Positions 1 to 13,790 are shown, numbered from the stretch's first letter. The stretch is DNA of 64,000 nt from Octopus vulgaris (GCA_951406725.2 OX597814.1:43276001-43340000); one strand, 5' to 3'. Program-made: numbers and translations. The notes: a model not told the origin generated them from the letters alone.

Positions 1-1025
1 TTATCTTCAAAAAATGTAGCTTCCAAAATATTGGTTTTCGTCTTGTATAACATTCAAAGCAGAAAGGAATTGTTGTAGTTTGAAAAAAAGGAAGGATAAA
101 TGGTTAAGAACTTTGTAATGATTACAAACGCATGCACAACTAAGAATGGTGGGTATAAACATTTGTTTTTTTTATATTTCAGTGTGGGATAACTTGTTCA
201 ATATCTAAACAGCATAACTAACTTATTATTTTAGATGATTATTTCAAGTTAGCTAAATGCACGTTCATGTACATTTTTTTACTAAGGGATGAAATGATAA
301 TTACATACAAGATTATTTCCAAAAGACGATGCAGTGTAACAGCTACCAATTTTATATATAGTATAAATACTTGAATCCTTCTGTGAACAGAAGATAGGTA
401 TACTCTCAATGAAGTATGTTAAATGATATGATGAAGTGGAAACTAGTGAGAGTGATTCTATTTTTCTACATGTAGGAAGATAAACTCTTACACGTGAACC
501 ACTAAAGATGTTTTTCATGCCTAAGCCAAAAGTGTACGTTTATGAAAATGATACATTAGATTACATTTCAAAACAACTCTGCAGTGCGTCATTAATAAAT
601 CAATGAACCGCACATCTGATCCTGTAGTGTTAAGTAAACAAGATAGAGAAGTTTCACTGTGTTCTAATTTATATAGCGAATAAATTCCTGAAAGCTGCAA
701 TACATTTTTTTGAGCGTTTGGTGTGTGTGTGTTTACGTGTTCAGGCGATGGATATCTTCACAGAGATGAAAGCCTAAACAGACTGGGAAATAATGAGATC
801 GATCCCAAATTTTAAGATCTGGGAGATATAAAAAAATTGTGTTTAAAACATTTTTCTATTTACTTCTTAATTGAAAAGAAATCAAACAAAATTGATAATT
901 GCGTATGTTTAACTACGCATGTTGATAGATATGTAAGTAAATGTATATAATTGCATGCATTCTGGTCTATATATTTATATGTAGAACATATAAATCTATC
1001 TATCTACCTATCTATCGGTTAATAA

Positions 1026-1106
<81 letters not shown>

Positions 1107-1434
1107 TGACACACTCTAAATGTTTTCTTGGTGTTAAACACTTTTAAGATGTGGTACTTCGTCGAGAGTCCTTCTACAGTGTTAAAAATATAAACACAAT
1201 ATATTTCAAAACCTGGCGAAACAAATACCCCGAGAGTTGAAGGAAAATAATGGATAAACTGATTTCCCAGTAATTTCTACTCGATTCACCCTCGATACAA
1301 ATTCGAATCATTGAGCTGAAATATACACAGGTAGTGTCAGATCTCTGTTTATTTGAATCAGAGCTATATAAGTATAAAAAAAAATCAAATTGTAAAGAAC
1401 AGTCATATATATATATATATATGATGGACTCTCC

Positions 1435-1494
<60 letters not shown>

Positions 1495-1502
<8 letters not shown>

Positions 1503-2152
1503 ATGAGGGTGTCTAAAAGACACCAACATGCTGAAATAGCAGTCGAAACTCTGACTATAAAACCACGTTAAATGTTCATATCGCACCATGAGGTAAAGCG
1601 GAGGGACAAAACATACAAGCAAAAATTATTGAATAATTCATGATCCAAGGATTTCTGGTTCTGCTTTAGATAAGCTTTACCGTCATCAATTGAATATATC
1701 AAGGGTACATAAATACAGATACATATATGCACAGCAAATGATGATTTGGCGGGCGACTCAAACTGGCTGTGTCCATACGTGCATATGTATGTATGTGCGA
1801 CGCTCGTATATGTAAGTATATCGTTTGCTGTGCATATATGTATCTGTATTTATGTACCCTTGATATATTCAATTGATGACGGTAAAGCCTATCTAAAGCA
1901 GAACCAGAAATCCTTGGATCTTGAATTATTCAATAATTTTTGCTTGTATGTTTTGTCCCTCCGCTTTACCTCATGGTGCGATATGAACATTTAACGTGGT
2001 TTTATAGTCAGAGTTTCGACTGCTATTTCGGCATGTTGGTGTCTTTTAGACACCCTCATTTTTAATTGTTAAAAATGTTCTTACCTTTGTAAGGTATTTC
2101 TTTCATGCTGGCCACTTGATAATTTCGACACTTAAATATCGATATTATCCTC

Positions 2153-2155
<3 letters not shown>
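1495..2155 (+). mobile_element. Fold-back (5'-inverted) Penelope-like pLTR insertion in (TA)n; inverted arms 1495-1742 / 1820-2067
   Basis: 248-bp inverted arms with about 4 mismatches and a 77-bp spacer; HHR motif in each arm; unique 3' extension to about 2155; (TA)n on both sides. Confidence 0.75.
1867..1926 (+). ncRNA. Type I hammerhead ribozyme motif (C3U core variant); mirror copy 1636-1695 on the minus strand
   Basis: attcaa-UUGAUGA(1873-79)-cggt..acca-GAAA(1907-10)-tcc tt gga-UC(1919-20)-ttgaat; stems I and III pair perfectly, stem II is short. Confidence 0.7.
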
Positions 2156-2235
<80 letters not shown>

Positions 2236-2329
2236 ACTCTCCCGTTCTAAGACGATGTATGAGGGTTCGCCAATTTCTTACTGAACAATCACATAGATGA
2301 TTTATTTGTGTTGACATAAGTTCGCTCCC

Positions 2330-2500
2330 TCAGTCAGATCGGCATTACCTGTACAGGTGCAACAAGTGCCACGTTTCAGATGTCGAAATAATAACAGGGC
2401 AACGTGAAATGAAGTGCTTTCCCCAAGAACACAATTCCGGTCTGGGAATCGAAGCCACGATCTCGCAATTGTGAGTGCAACACCTTAACCACTAAACCAA
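2330..2500 (-). mobile_element. Diverged tRNA-derived SINE fragment
   Basis: Minus strand reads tagtggttaaggtgttgcactc...cttcgattcccagacc (A/B-box-like), similar to the SINE head at 26847. Confidence 0.6.
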
Positions 2501-2529
2501 ATATATCTTCGGCATTTTAGCGTTTGTCA

Positions 2530-2790
2530 GATGACTTATTTGGTTTCCCGACTGATGTATCCCCTCTGCGTATGTTTATGCTTCTGATGGCAAATGAGGC
2601 CGATTCTTGCATGGAAGGGTCTATTGCATAGTTCACAAACGATCAGTGGCGAAGGCTCTTCATTTTCTTTCTTACCATTTCTCTTGTTTCCTCTGTTGTT
2701 CAGCTTCAAAATGTGTAGATGGGATAATGCCAGCCGGGGCTGTCTGACTTTCAATCTCTCAGGCGTTGAGATCGATTCCGGACAATTTTA
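2530..2790 (-). mobile_element. RTE-clade LINE 3' fragment
   Basis: ORF 2536-2754 encodes CELCNRPFHARIGLICHQKHKH, matching the C-terminal CxxC..RIGLxSH motif of RTE ORFs. Confidence 0.65.
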
Positions 2791-2879
2791 AGCTTTGTTC
2801 CAACTAGTCATTGCATCGACAGAGGGGATGGCCACGGTGGGTTCTTCCGGTGGAAAGTTCATCATATAAAATTTGACGT

Positions 2880-3620
2880 TCATCATATAAAATTTTAAGT
2901 AACGTAGGAACTTATATCTGTTAAAAAGAGATATCAATGTCATTTTCCTGTTTGCGTTGGGAGGAGTGGAAAGTGATAGAAATATAGGAAAGAATTGTAC
3001 TTATATTTGGATGGAGGTGTGTGTGGTGGTGTTGGATTTATTTTGCCATTCATTCAGCGGATGTTAAGGATGTGTAGTACTTTATTTTGTTTGATTTCAC
3101 TTGAAGCATGACTAACTTCAATAAATTCTGATCTCAGTAGGTCATCAGGTACTACTGCTATATTTAACAGTGGGGTTTGTTGACTAAATTGATAAATGCG
3201 ACATTCCGATGGTGACATTTTCAATTGTTTCTGTTCGTATAGTTTATAGCATCTTAAATATTGATTGGTTTGTTTATTTGTTTGGTTTCCTCTGCTGTCG
3301 TATAATATGTTATTTCCTTTTAAAATAATTTTTCAAACTCCAGCTATGTGTTATTTCCTTTTAAAATAATTTTTCAAACTCCAGGTATGAAGTTTTTTTA
3401 ATCTTTACCTCAGAGTGGCTATTTACCACGTTTACCTGGATGTGACTATTTCCAGGGTTTCTTCTAGGTATAGGTTGCATATCTGTGATATTCCGTTATA
3501 TGGCGAAGCATTTTTTATAATGGACCAGTGGGTCGTATTTTCCACTCCATATTGTTTGTGTCTCAGGAAGAGTTTCGATAGAGGATTGGAGTGTCTTTTA
3601 TTTATATACGAAAATGCTGG
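2880..3620 (-). mobile_element. Penelope-like element 3' remnant (GIY-YIG C-terminus plus pLTR)
   Basis: Minus strand about 3600-3420 translates as ..NPLSKLF..HWSIIKNASPYNGISQICNLYLEETLEI.., resembling the PLE C-terminal LSK..W.I...A.PY.....CNLCLEEK motif; degenerate HHR downstream (3155-3074). Confidence 0.6.
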
Positions 3621-4219
3621 GAGATGATTTCGTAGACGACAAACACCTCCATCCCCATATTACTACCATTCTTTCCTCCATGTCCGCCACCTTCCCCTTT
3701 TCCACACCAGATACACAAAGAAATATCCACATAACTTGCTTGATCTTCATACTGGTAAAAAAAAAAAAAAAGATAAACATCCTTCTGTGGTACGTCCACT
3801 GATGTTATATCGCCCGAAGAAAGGAATAAAAAATGATGATGAACTGGATGACCACGGATACTACAGACTACATTGTAATCATCCAAGAAATGCGGACTAG
3901 GATCTTAAGAGTTGTGAAATTTGTCGTAACCCGCGAAGCGATCAATTGAATGTTTATAAATTCCATCCAAGCATTATTTATGCTTCATTATTTGCGCAAA
4001 TCTTGATACAACCCCGACAAACTGGTTCGCTAGTCAGCTTCATTAGACGGTGACCGGCATAATAGACTAGGAGCTTTATTTGCATATTCAAAATATTTCC
4101 CTGAAACAAAGTTAAACTATATGTGCGCGCGTGTGTATGCGTGGTGTGTGTGTGTTTGGCTGTGTGTGTACGTATGTCATTGTGCGTGTTTGTGTACGTG
4201 TGTGTGTGTGTGTGTGCGT

Positions 4220-4331
4220 GGACTTATTCTTTGTAAGCCCAGTACTTATTCTATCGGTCTCTTTTTGCCGAACCGCTAAGTGACGGGGATGTAAACACAC
4301 CAGCATCGGTTGTCAAGCTATGATAGGGGGA

Positions 4332-4423
<92 letters not shown>

Positions 4424-4975
4424 ATATATATAAACGGCAGTTTGTCTGTGCGTGTTTCTGTGTGTCTGTTTTCTCGTACCCTCACCCTGACCACGGCTTT
4501 CAACCGATTCTGATGAAACTTGACACACATAGCCCAATGTCATAATTCAAAACTAACGCAGCGAAAATTTTGAAAAGTTAACCCCAGTTCTGAAAAAAAT
4601 CGATAAATTCGACATGGGGTCGAGAATAAAAAAACAAACCACAGACTGTCTAGGGGACGCAACTCAACCTTTTTTTACTCTCAAAAAAAAATTTACCATA
4701 ATTTTTTTTCCATTTTTTTGCTATTTTTTGGCTATAACTCTCTAAAAATGCTTTATAGTTATTTCCCTTACAAACCTGAGCAACGCCGGGCGATACTGCT
4801 AGTATATATATACATATATACGACAGGCTTCTTTCAGTTTCCGTCTACCAAATCCACTCACAAGGCATTGGTCGGCCCGGGGCTATAGCAGAAGACACTT
4901 ACCCAAGATGCCACGCAGTGGGACTGAACCTGGAACCATGTTGTTGGTTAGCAAGCTACTTACCACACAGACACT
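4220..4975 (-). mobile_element. tRNA-derived SINE family A with internal (CA)n/(TA)n tract, interrupted by a Helitron
   Basis: High similarity to copies at 39171, 52773 and 54498; tRNA-like head at the 4975 end. Confidence 0.85.
4421..4802 (+). mobile_element. Non-autonomous Helitron
   Basis: 5' TC (4421), 3' CTAG (4799-4802) preceded by GC-rich hairpin cctgagcaacgccggg; inserted between A and T; no TSD. Confidence 0.8.
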
Positions 4976-5208
4976 ATTTCATATAACTTATATATATAAA
5001 GGTGTGTTTCTGTGTGAGTGTTTGTGAGTGTGGGTGGGTGTGTGTGCGCGTATTGGAAGTAAATATGTATAGATTTATTGACAGATTTACTTCTGAGAAT
5101 AAATAAAATAAACCTGTATTCATTATAATTGGATTGCTTACTCTAATAGCATATTTCTTGCACAATTTTTTGCTTTCCCCCAGATTTGTTTATAGTTACT
5201 ACTGTAGG

Positions 5209-5294
<86 letters not shown>

Positions 5295-5297
<3 letters not shown>

Positions 5298-6455
5298 TGG
5301 TGAATTGAAGAAATGGAGCTGAACGCAGATTGAACAGAAATCGTTTTATTTCATTCTACACGTGTTTCGAAAGGCACAAATTACAAAATCCGATGGAATA
5401 ATGGGACCATATTGTGTCTTTCTCTTCAGGAAGAAAATAGGAAATCCGTTGGAAAAACAAAAACAGAACAGAGGCGGAGCAAAAACAAATCGAACTATGC
5501 TCCTAAGAGCCCATGGCGAAACTGTTTATCAGTGTATGTTGAGAACCGGTGGCTGAAGAATTACGGGTCAGGCATCGGTCAATCATGTGGGTGAGGGGGC
5601 GTAGATGTTCTTTGTGACCGAGAATAAAGTTCTGACTATTTAAGGAATATTGGATGTTTTATAAGGGGCGAGAAAAAATCTACTTAGAGACGTGTGTGTG
5701 TGTATACTGTTCTATATACGTGTGTGTTGGCGTAGGGGTAGAAAACATTTTTTGTGTACGTGTGTGCGTTTGATCGTTCGGCTGTCGAACGATCAAACGA
5801 TCAAACGCCGAACGATCAAACGCACACACGTACACAAAAAATGTTTTCTACCCCTACGCCAACACACACGTATATAGAACAGTATACACACACACACGTC
5901 TCTAAGTAGATTTTTTCTCGCCCCTTATAAAACATCCAATATTCCTTAAATAGTCAGAACTTTATTCTCGGTCACAAAGAACATCTACGCCCCCTCACCC
6001 ACATGATTGACCGATGCCTGACCCGTTGAATTCTTCAGCCACCGGTTCTCAACATACACTGATAAACAGTTTCGCCATGGGCTCTTAGGAGCATAGTTCG
6101 ATTTGTTTTTGCTCCGCCTCTGTTCTGTTTTTGTTTTTCCAACGGATTTCCTATTTTCTTCCTGAAGAGAAAGACACAATATGGTCCCATTATTCCATCG
6201 GATTTTGGTAATTTGTGCCTTTCGAAACACGTGTAGAATGAAATAAAACGATTTCTGTTCAATCTGCGTTCAGCTCCATTTCTTCAATTCACCAATAATG
6301 TTCTAATTTCAATTATCCGCACCAACGCACGGTTGCAACACCATATGGTTGTACCTCCAGCCGTGCTGTTTTACTGCTGTGATTTTTGCTACTAAGGTAT
6401 CGGTTAAACTTTTGATTAATCTACTACAAGATTATTCATCTTTCTATTTCACATA

Positions 6456-6457
<2 letters not shown>
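5295..6457 (+). mobile_element. Fold-back Penelope-like pLTR insertion in (TA)n; arms 5295-5782 / 5807-6297
   Basis: About 490-bp near-identical inverted arms (two small indels), 24-bp spacer, HHR plus AATAAA in each arm, unique 3' extension to about 6457, (TA)n flanks. Confidence 0.8.
6153..6244 (+). ncRNA. Type I hammerhead ribozyme with palindromic stem III; mirror copy 5348-5438 on the minus strand
   Basis: attttcttc-CUGAAGA(6162-68)-gaaagacacaa..ttgtgcctttc-GAAA(6224-27)-cacgtg-UA(6234-35)-gaatgaaat, with AATAAA at 6242-47. Confidence 0.8.
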
Positions 6458-6532
<75 letters not shown>

Positions 6533-6954
6533 CATACATATTTATGGTAATGATTATTTGTGTGTCTAGAATCTAGACTCTAGATAGACAGATATACAGA
6601 TAGACAGATACAGAAAGAGAGAGCGGGAGCGAGAAGAGAGAAACAGTTGAATGAATGGATAGATGAATGGATGGATGGATGTAGGGATGGGTAGATGGAT
6701 GGATGGATGGATGGATGGATGGATGGGGGGATGGAATAATGGATGTTTATTTCTACAAAAGAGTTGAAATGAACATCTCAGAATTTGGAGGGTAAACATT
6801 TTATTAACGATTTTGTTTTCGATCAATATATATTTTACACGTGAAAAAAATTAGGTGTGTTTTGCTGCGAGAAATGTATATTGCTGGAAACAGGCAACGC
6901 ACAATACGTGCGTATGTGTGTGTTCACCTGTGTACGTACAAACAGCCAGTCTCC

Positions 6955-7028
<74 letters not shown>

Positions 7029-7328
7029 TGTATGTGTGTGTGTGTATGTATGTATGTATGTATGCATACATGTATATATGTATGTATTTATGTATGTATG
7101 TGTGTATGTATGTATGTATGTATGTATGTATGAATGTATATATGTACATGAATTTGGAGGGCGGATACCGTGGTGGATCTCAGTTATGTTCCAGATTAAC
7201 TCTTATCGCATCGATTACTTTTTAACTTTTATGACTACTATGTGGTGTCATCCACGCAGTGAATTCCTTCAAAGCGTAATTCTTTGTTCGCTTCTCTGGA
7301 TAGTATTATAATCTAATGTGTATCGTAA

Positions 7329-7704
7329 CACTCTGTTGGTGACGACGACGGTTCCAGTTGATCTGACCAACGGAACAATCTGCTCGTGAAATTAACAAGC
7401 AAATAGCTGAGTACTCCACAGATAGGTGTACACTTAACGTAGTTTTTGGGGAGATTCAGCGTGACACAAAGTGTGACAAGACTGGACCTACGCAATACAG
7501 GTGCAACAGAAACAGGAATAAAGAGTGAGAGAAAGTTGTGGTGAAAGAGTACAGCAGGGTTCACCAACACCCCCCTACATGAGGTTCTCGTAGTTTTAGG
7601 TGTTTTCGCTCAATGAATTCTCCAAACGCCCGGTCTAGGAATCGAAACCGCGATCCTACGACCGCAACTCTGCTGCCCTAACCACTGCTCCATTGAGCCA
7701 TCAC
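7329..7704 (-). mobile_element. tRNA-derived SINE family C
   Basis: Reverse complement aligns along its length to 26847-27231. Confidence 0.85.
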
Positions 7705-7982
7705 TTAAAATGTATATCAACAATAATTATACTGATATAGAATATGGCGGATCCAAACCCAAATCATATAACTCCATTCAGTTCGAGTCGAAAGTTGATA
7801 ATGGACATATCCTGAACGAAACTGCCCGGTTGTATATGCAACAGACCATACTCTGTGCAGCGAGAACACGTGTAGGTCATATTAGCCATAAGGATATGCT
7901 GTATGAAACTGTATAATAAAAAGAAAGAAATTTTGAGGATGAACAAATCTCCATATTCAATATCGTTATCATTATTTCTTAT

Positions 7983-8021
<39 letters not shown>

Positions 8022-11000
8022 CAGGTGTGTGTGTGTGTGTGTGTGTGTGTATGCGTGTGTGTGTATGTGTGTGTGTAGCAAAATTAAATATGTGTAGGGT
8101 GTGATAAAAATGGGGAACGAAAATTGATTATTGACTTGCACTATATACATTGCGTTACGAAACGATTTGTCGTATGAGGTTGTAATATTATCAATTTGAA
8201 CAGCAGAATACGTTAAGTGCTAGAAGAAATATCGAAAGATTTGCTGATGTTGAGACACGGTGCAGAACGAAATTTTACAAAAATTAAGTATGAGGAGATG
8301 AAACGGAGGTACAATGGGGAATTCTAAGATTATGGTATGTATAGGCCGGGTGATAAAGTTAAGAATGAGGGATCGATGTCAATGTTAAATGTCTCACAGA
8401 AGACACACAGTTGTCTGGGCTGGGGAAATTGGATGAGAAAAAGGCCGTAATTATACACTTGGTAATATCAATGGCTGAAGAGGCAAGTTAGATATATATA
8501 TCTATCATCTGCTTCAATAACATCAGGTGTTTGACACCCATTATACTTAAAGAAACTCACCCATAGTCAGATGGATCTTCTTGTACACCACCTATCTCTT
8601 TCATACATCAGCCTGTTCTCCTTCTTCCATTCGTTTCGTTTAGTGTAAGAAGCCAGTAATTCCTTACACTACTTACCTTATGCATACACATATCACGAAA
8701 GCGTTGCATTTCTGTGGATCACATAGTACATGTCACTAGCAGCAGGCCACAGATACCACCAAGGTCCCACTTCCCAATATGATATGACATTGCAGCTAAA
8801 ACAATATATAATGCCACCCGAATGAAAAGAATATTGAAAACCCGTCCTTATTAAATGCATGTATAAGCATTGATACAAGGAATAAATGTGCTATATTCCC
8901 CTCAAAACAAGTGCAAATATATCTGGCTGGATATGATTGTTTGGAACTAAGATGAAATATCTTGTACCGTCAACAGACTAACTGCCTTGCTGATTGTAAT
9001 AACTCTTCGAAAATCAAAAACAAAGAGAATAACTCGTGGCCACTGCATCGAAAACACTCATTTATATGCCCAGATTATAAATTCGCATTAATATCGATAA
9101 TAAACATTGCACCAGGATTTGTGACGAAATTCCTAAGCGACAATCTATATAAGCTAGGGTGTCAGATAAAGAAGTCAACCAGCTAACACCCTCATTACAA
9201 GTACAAACTGTAGAAGATAGAGTAAAAAAACGCAAAACTTGTCTCAAGTTCACAATGTGATTTTGTTCTTGTTATCTACATTCCAACGAGAAGATTTTGT
9301 ACTTTTGTTTACAAAAGAGCTCCCTCATTACAGGAAGCCTTCAAATAAATAAAGATAGAAGAGAACCATGTATATATCTGTGTGTGTATGTATGTATTTG
9401 TTTGTGCGTGTATATGGTGTGCGTTCGTGCATTAAAATTTGTATTCACGCACACACTCAAGTACATAAACATATACACACCTATATATGAATATATGAAC
9501 ACACATACACACATCTACGCACGCACACATGCACAACTGTTGTTGGTGTACACTACGTATACTAAAGACAAAAGAAGTATTTTACTTTCACATGAAATAT
9601 CACAAAAATAATAAATAGTAACAAAACCAAATTTCTGGAATTTTGACAGAAGAAAAATGACTTAAGAATTAAATGAAATGTATGTACAAAAGTAAACAGT
9701 GCTTAGATTGTGGTAGGGTGAGTGAGAAGAAAATGTAGGAAATTATTGGAAAACTCACTAATCATAAAGATTTGAGATGCTAGAGAAGACAATTATGAAT
9801 ATTACATTTTGATGGAAAATGAGAATTTAGCTAAATTAAATTTTGACTTGCTCGTTCTATATGTTTTAATGAATATACATGAGAATCCACATGCGCTTTC
9901 TGTATTTACTTGTTTTAAACAATTATCTTCACGTTTCAATTCATATGCTTTCTTTTCTTTATTATTAAATATTTTTATATCTCATATATGTATAGGATCG
10001 AAATCATTCAATCAGATATGTAGATTCTTAGTAACCATAGCTGTCTAGTCATTTCCTTTCTTTCAACAAGACATTTTAACTTTGAATAAATTGAGATTGT
10101 TGATGTTAATCTTCTGTATAGCTGTTTACCTAAAAGTATTTTCTTGCGTCTTACTTATTATATTAAAGTACACAATATACTGAAGTAAATAACGACACTG
10201 ATTTTTTTTTTTCATTTGCCGTTGATATTTAGTACCCGACATTTTAAAGTGGATTTATGGACTGATATTTATACGCATAGACAATTGGCTGATTAATTTG
10301 GAAGCTTGAGGCATTGACTTGTAGTTAAATTAATGGACTTCTATGCATTTATTTCAGCGTAAAAAATAATTGTACCAATAGTCTTCAGATGTAATCTTAA
10401 ATTTAGATAAATCTGGACTAAAACTCCGTTGTAAATAGAAACACAAAATGATGGCGATGAATAAGCTTTCTGAATAAATGTTAAGAGAGGGTTCCGAGAA
10501 TTGCACTGACAGATATAGCTATATGACCGACAATCTTCATAATTCAGGCTATTTGATATCTGATGGGTTTAGTATATGAAATATGATGGCGAACTTAATT
10601 TTCAGTGATTAACTGATTCGACTTATCATTCGTGGTAAAAAAAATAGTTGTGATAATCACTCAACTGCTTCTGAACAGATCTTGCGCAGTTATGTCAGGT
10701 AGGACGGAGAGCGATTATTTCAAACTTTAGCCTTCAACATAAGCCTTCAAGCACATGACTATTTTAGGTAGTGACGTTACCTAATGTTAAAGTATTAATC
10801 CTGTGCGTTGGTTGAGTCCCAATCGGGAAACGTCTGATAATATGTCATATCCAAGTCATCACGGTGCAAATGTAAACAGCAAGTAACATAGCAACGGCAA
10901 GAGGTTCACTGGCTAGTGCACCTCTACCACTTTATTAAATTTGCAGTACATTCATCCACACATATATTTGACAAGTTGCCAGCTTCTCAGTATTCTATAG

Positions 11001-11579
11001 TTTCGCTTAATTGGTTAAATCCCAATAAGTCTAAAAGGTAGACAAGTGGTTTATTTGTTGCTACTCGTTTCACACGTTTATATGCAACTAGCATTGCATT
11101 GCCTATTTAATATAATATTTTATTAATCATTATGAATAATGCACTGTACTATGCAGTGATATGAACATTGGAATATATAGATATTGCAGGGGTAAGAGTC
11201 GTTTGTTCTGTAATATTAAAGAAAAAACAGCAGACTAACACACTTGGGATGTCTTCGGTAAATTCGATGAGGAGTATTCAGTTCTTCAACATACGAAATT
11301 TTTCTCTTCGTGTGTCTTTTAACTTGAAAATGACTGTAAATTTCACAGGTACGTTTAATATAATTGTAATTTGCAGGCAGTAGAAGTGTGAGGGGGCGAG
11401 GAAAAGTCTTCCGTTATATATAGAATCAATCTACCGTGCCTCTATAGACTTTCTGGATATAGTTTTACTCACATAATATAGATCGACACAAGGCTACTGA
11501 AATTATAATTTAAAAACTGGCCTCACATTCGAATCAAAAGTTTTAGCAAGGCAAAAGTTTTACTTCATCAGTTATTCAG

Positions 11580-11654
<75 letters not shown>

Positions 11655-12116
11655 GTGTCTTTTTACTTATGTTATATTATACTTATGAATATAGAAAAGT
11701 TTTTACATTCTAAGATTTTTCTTAATTTTCTTTCAGAGAAGAATTAAATCAAGTATTGCTCCTACGATATTACTCGCATATGTTTCTATTTGATCAATAT
11801 GAATACAATGCAAGCACCCCTCCCACTATAAGCAATATATATTAATGTGCTCAATTTTTTGATACAAAAGAATCTTCAATCACTGGGCTAATAATCGTAC
11901 ATCCCAAATGCATCTCCTTTCTGCTTCTTCATTGAGTATTTTTTGCCAATAATCTTATCTTATCTTACTCTTGATGCCAATTTTGTATCCCTGATTTATA
12001 CACAATTCTTTGCAATAACTGTAATGTTTTTGTAAACATTCCAATACATCCAATTATATGTACTAAGAACGAAACATATATCAACACTATTCATAGATAT
12101 GTGCATTAGTCCGCAG

Positions 12117-12150
<34 letters not shown>

Positions 12151-12307
12151 GCATGCATAAATAAATACATACATGCATACATCTGGTATAGATGCTTCTT
12201 CACATTATGTCATATTGTAATTTATTGAAACGCCACGAAGTGGTGGTGTGTAACGGGAGAGTTCATATATTCCAATTTATTCCGAAATAGCATTAATAAA
12301 TGTGATC

Positions 12308-12363
12308 ACATTTACGCAACTTCAGAATGGGGGTACATTTACGCAACATCAGAATGGGGGTAC
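12308..12363. repeat. 27-bp tandem duplication
   Basis: acatttacgcaac[t/a]tcagaatgggggt x2. Confidence 0.9.
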
Positions 12364-13449
12364 CTGTCTTCATTAGTATGTTTGACTAAAATCTAACTCT
12401 CACACAAATGTTATTTTGATATATGTAAAACATCATGTAAAATTAAGGATGATGAATTAACGTGTCCCAGAACTATCTTAAAACGTTTTGGGGATGTAAG
12501 TCGTAAACCACTTTCGTTTCTAATAGTTATATTGAAAATCGTGTTGGAAGAATATTTAATTATATTCCAGCAATATATATCAACAAAGGTTTTTTTTTTA
12601 TGTAGTAAAAAAAATATGAAGACATCATATCAATTTCTACCTCGAATATTTAACAAATATATTTACATATTGCGTGACTTTCAAATTCGTGACACAAGTA
12701 GATATAACAAACAATTTTGATTTCTTCTCTAAAATATATTGCTATAAGTGAGAGAATAATTAAACAAACAATTAAGAGAATAAACTAGATATTATAATTT
12801 GAGCTCCAAACAATCGATATAATGAAGTAATTACTATTTAATATTTCAAATTTTTCATATTCCCACTAAAAAGAAAATGATGTATTATATTACAAATATT
12901 GGTTGTCGATAAAATATTTGATTATGTTATTCTTCTTATTCAGATAGAAATTTGCTAGAATATTAATTTATTTAAACAATATCAATTATTAGTCGATTTT
13001 TCTGACACATTCATAATATAAATAACGTTCGATTGTTCTAGTGAATTCATCCTAAAACAGATGTCTGGCAGAGTTGAATTAAGAGCAATAATTCAGAAGT
13101 GCGCATAACATGAATTTGAAAAAAGATTTATGCTAAATACCACACAAAAGCAGTTTTCCATTTGTCGAAATCATCTTCTCGTCGAAAGTAACGGAAGCAA
13201 AATCCGCGAAACGGATTCTAGTGAGAAACGGATTCTGGGAAACGACCATTCTAGTGAATAAACAAAAGTTCTCGAAATGAACTCAGTCGTACTCTTGTCT
13301 GAAGCCAGGAGGGAAGCTCTGAATGCATGTTTCTGCTTGAATTGCCTTAAGTTGCACATCGTTGCTCTACGTTCAATGACACTGCTTAGAAGACATATAC
13401 ATACATACATACATACATACATACATACATTCATACATACATACAGACA

Positions 13450-13540
<91 letters not shown>

Positions 13541-13790
13541 AAAAACACATAAACTTTATGGCCTTGGAGTTGCAAGACTAGAATAAAAATGATTCCAGAA
13601 ATCCAGAATAACTTTACATCGTGAAAAATGCCTCCATTTTTGATGAGAGAAAAGTGAAAAGTTATTCTAATTATTTTTTTAAATCAATTGTTCTCTCTCG
13701 AGGCTATATTCTTCTCGTTAAATGAAGCATCTATCATTCATGAATTCGAGGTCAGACATGGAGAGTTTCTAAAATATTGGTTTCAAATAT

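Noticed and set aside
4510-4520. CTGATGA(AA) as a hammerhead core
   Set aside because: No stem II, stem III or stem I; it is part of the Helitron internal motif
5362-6262. Paired near-identical ORFs on opposite strands (5362/6035, 5412/5985)
   Set aside because: A by-product of the palindrome; no domain features
13190-13390. Short gaaacggattct reiterations and an open frame as a possible exon
   Set aside because: No clear splice sites or protein similarity
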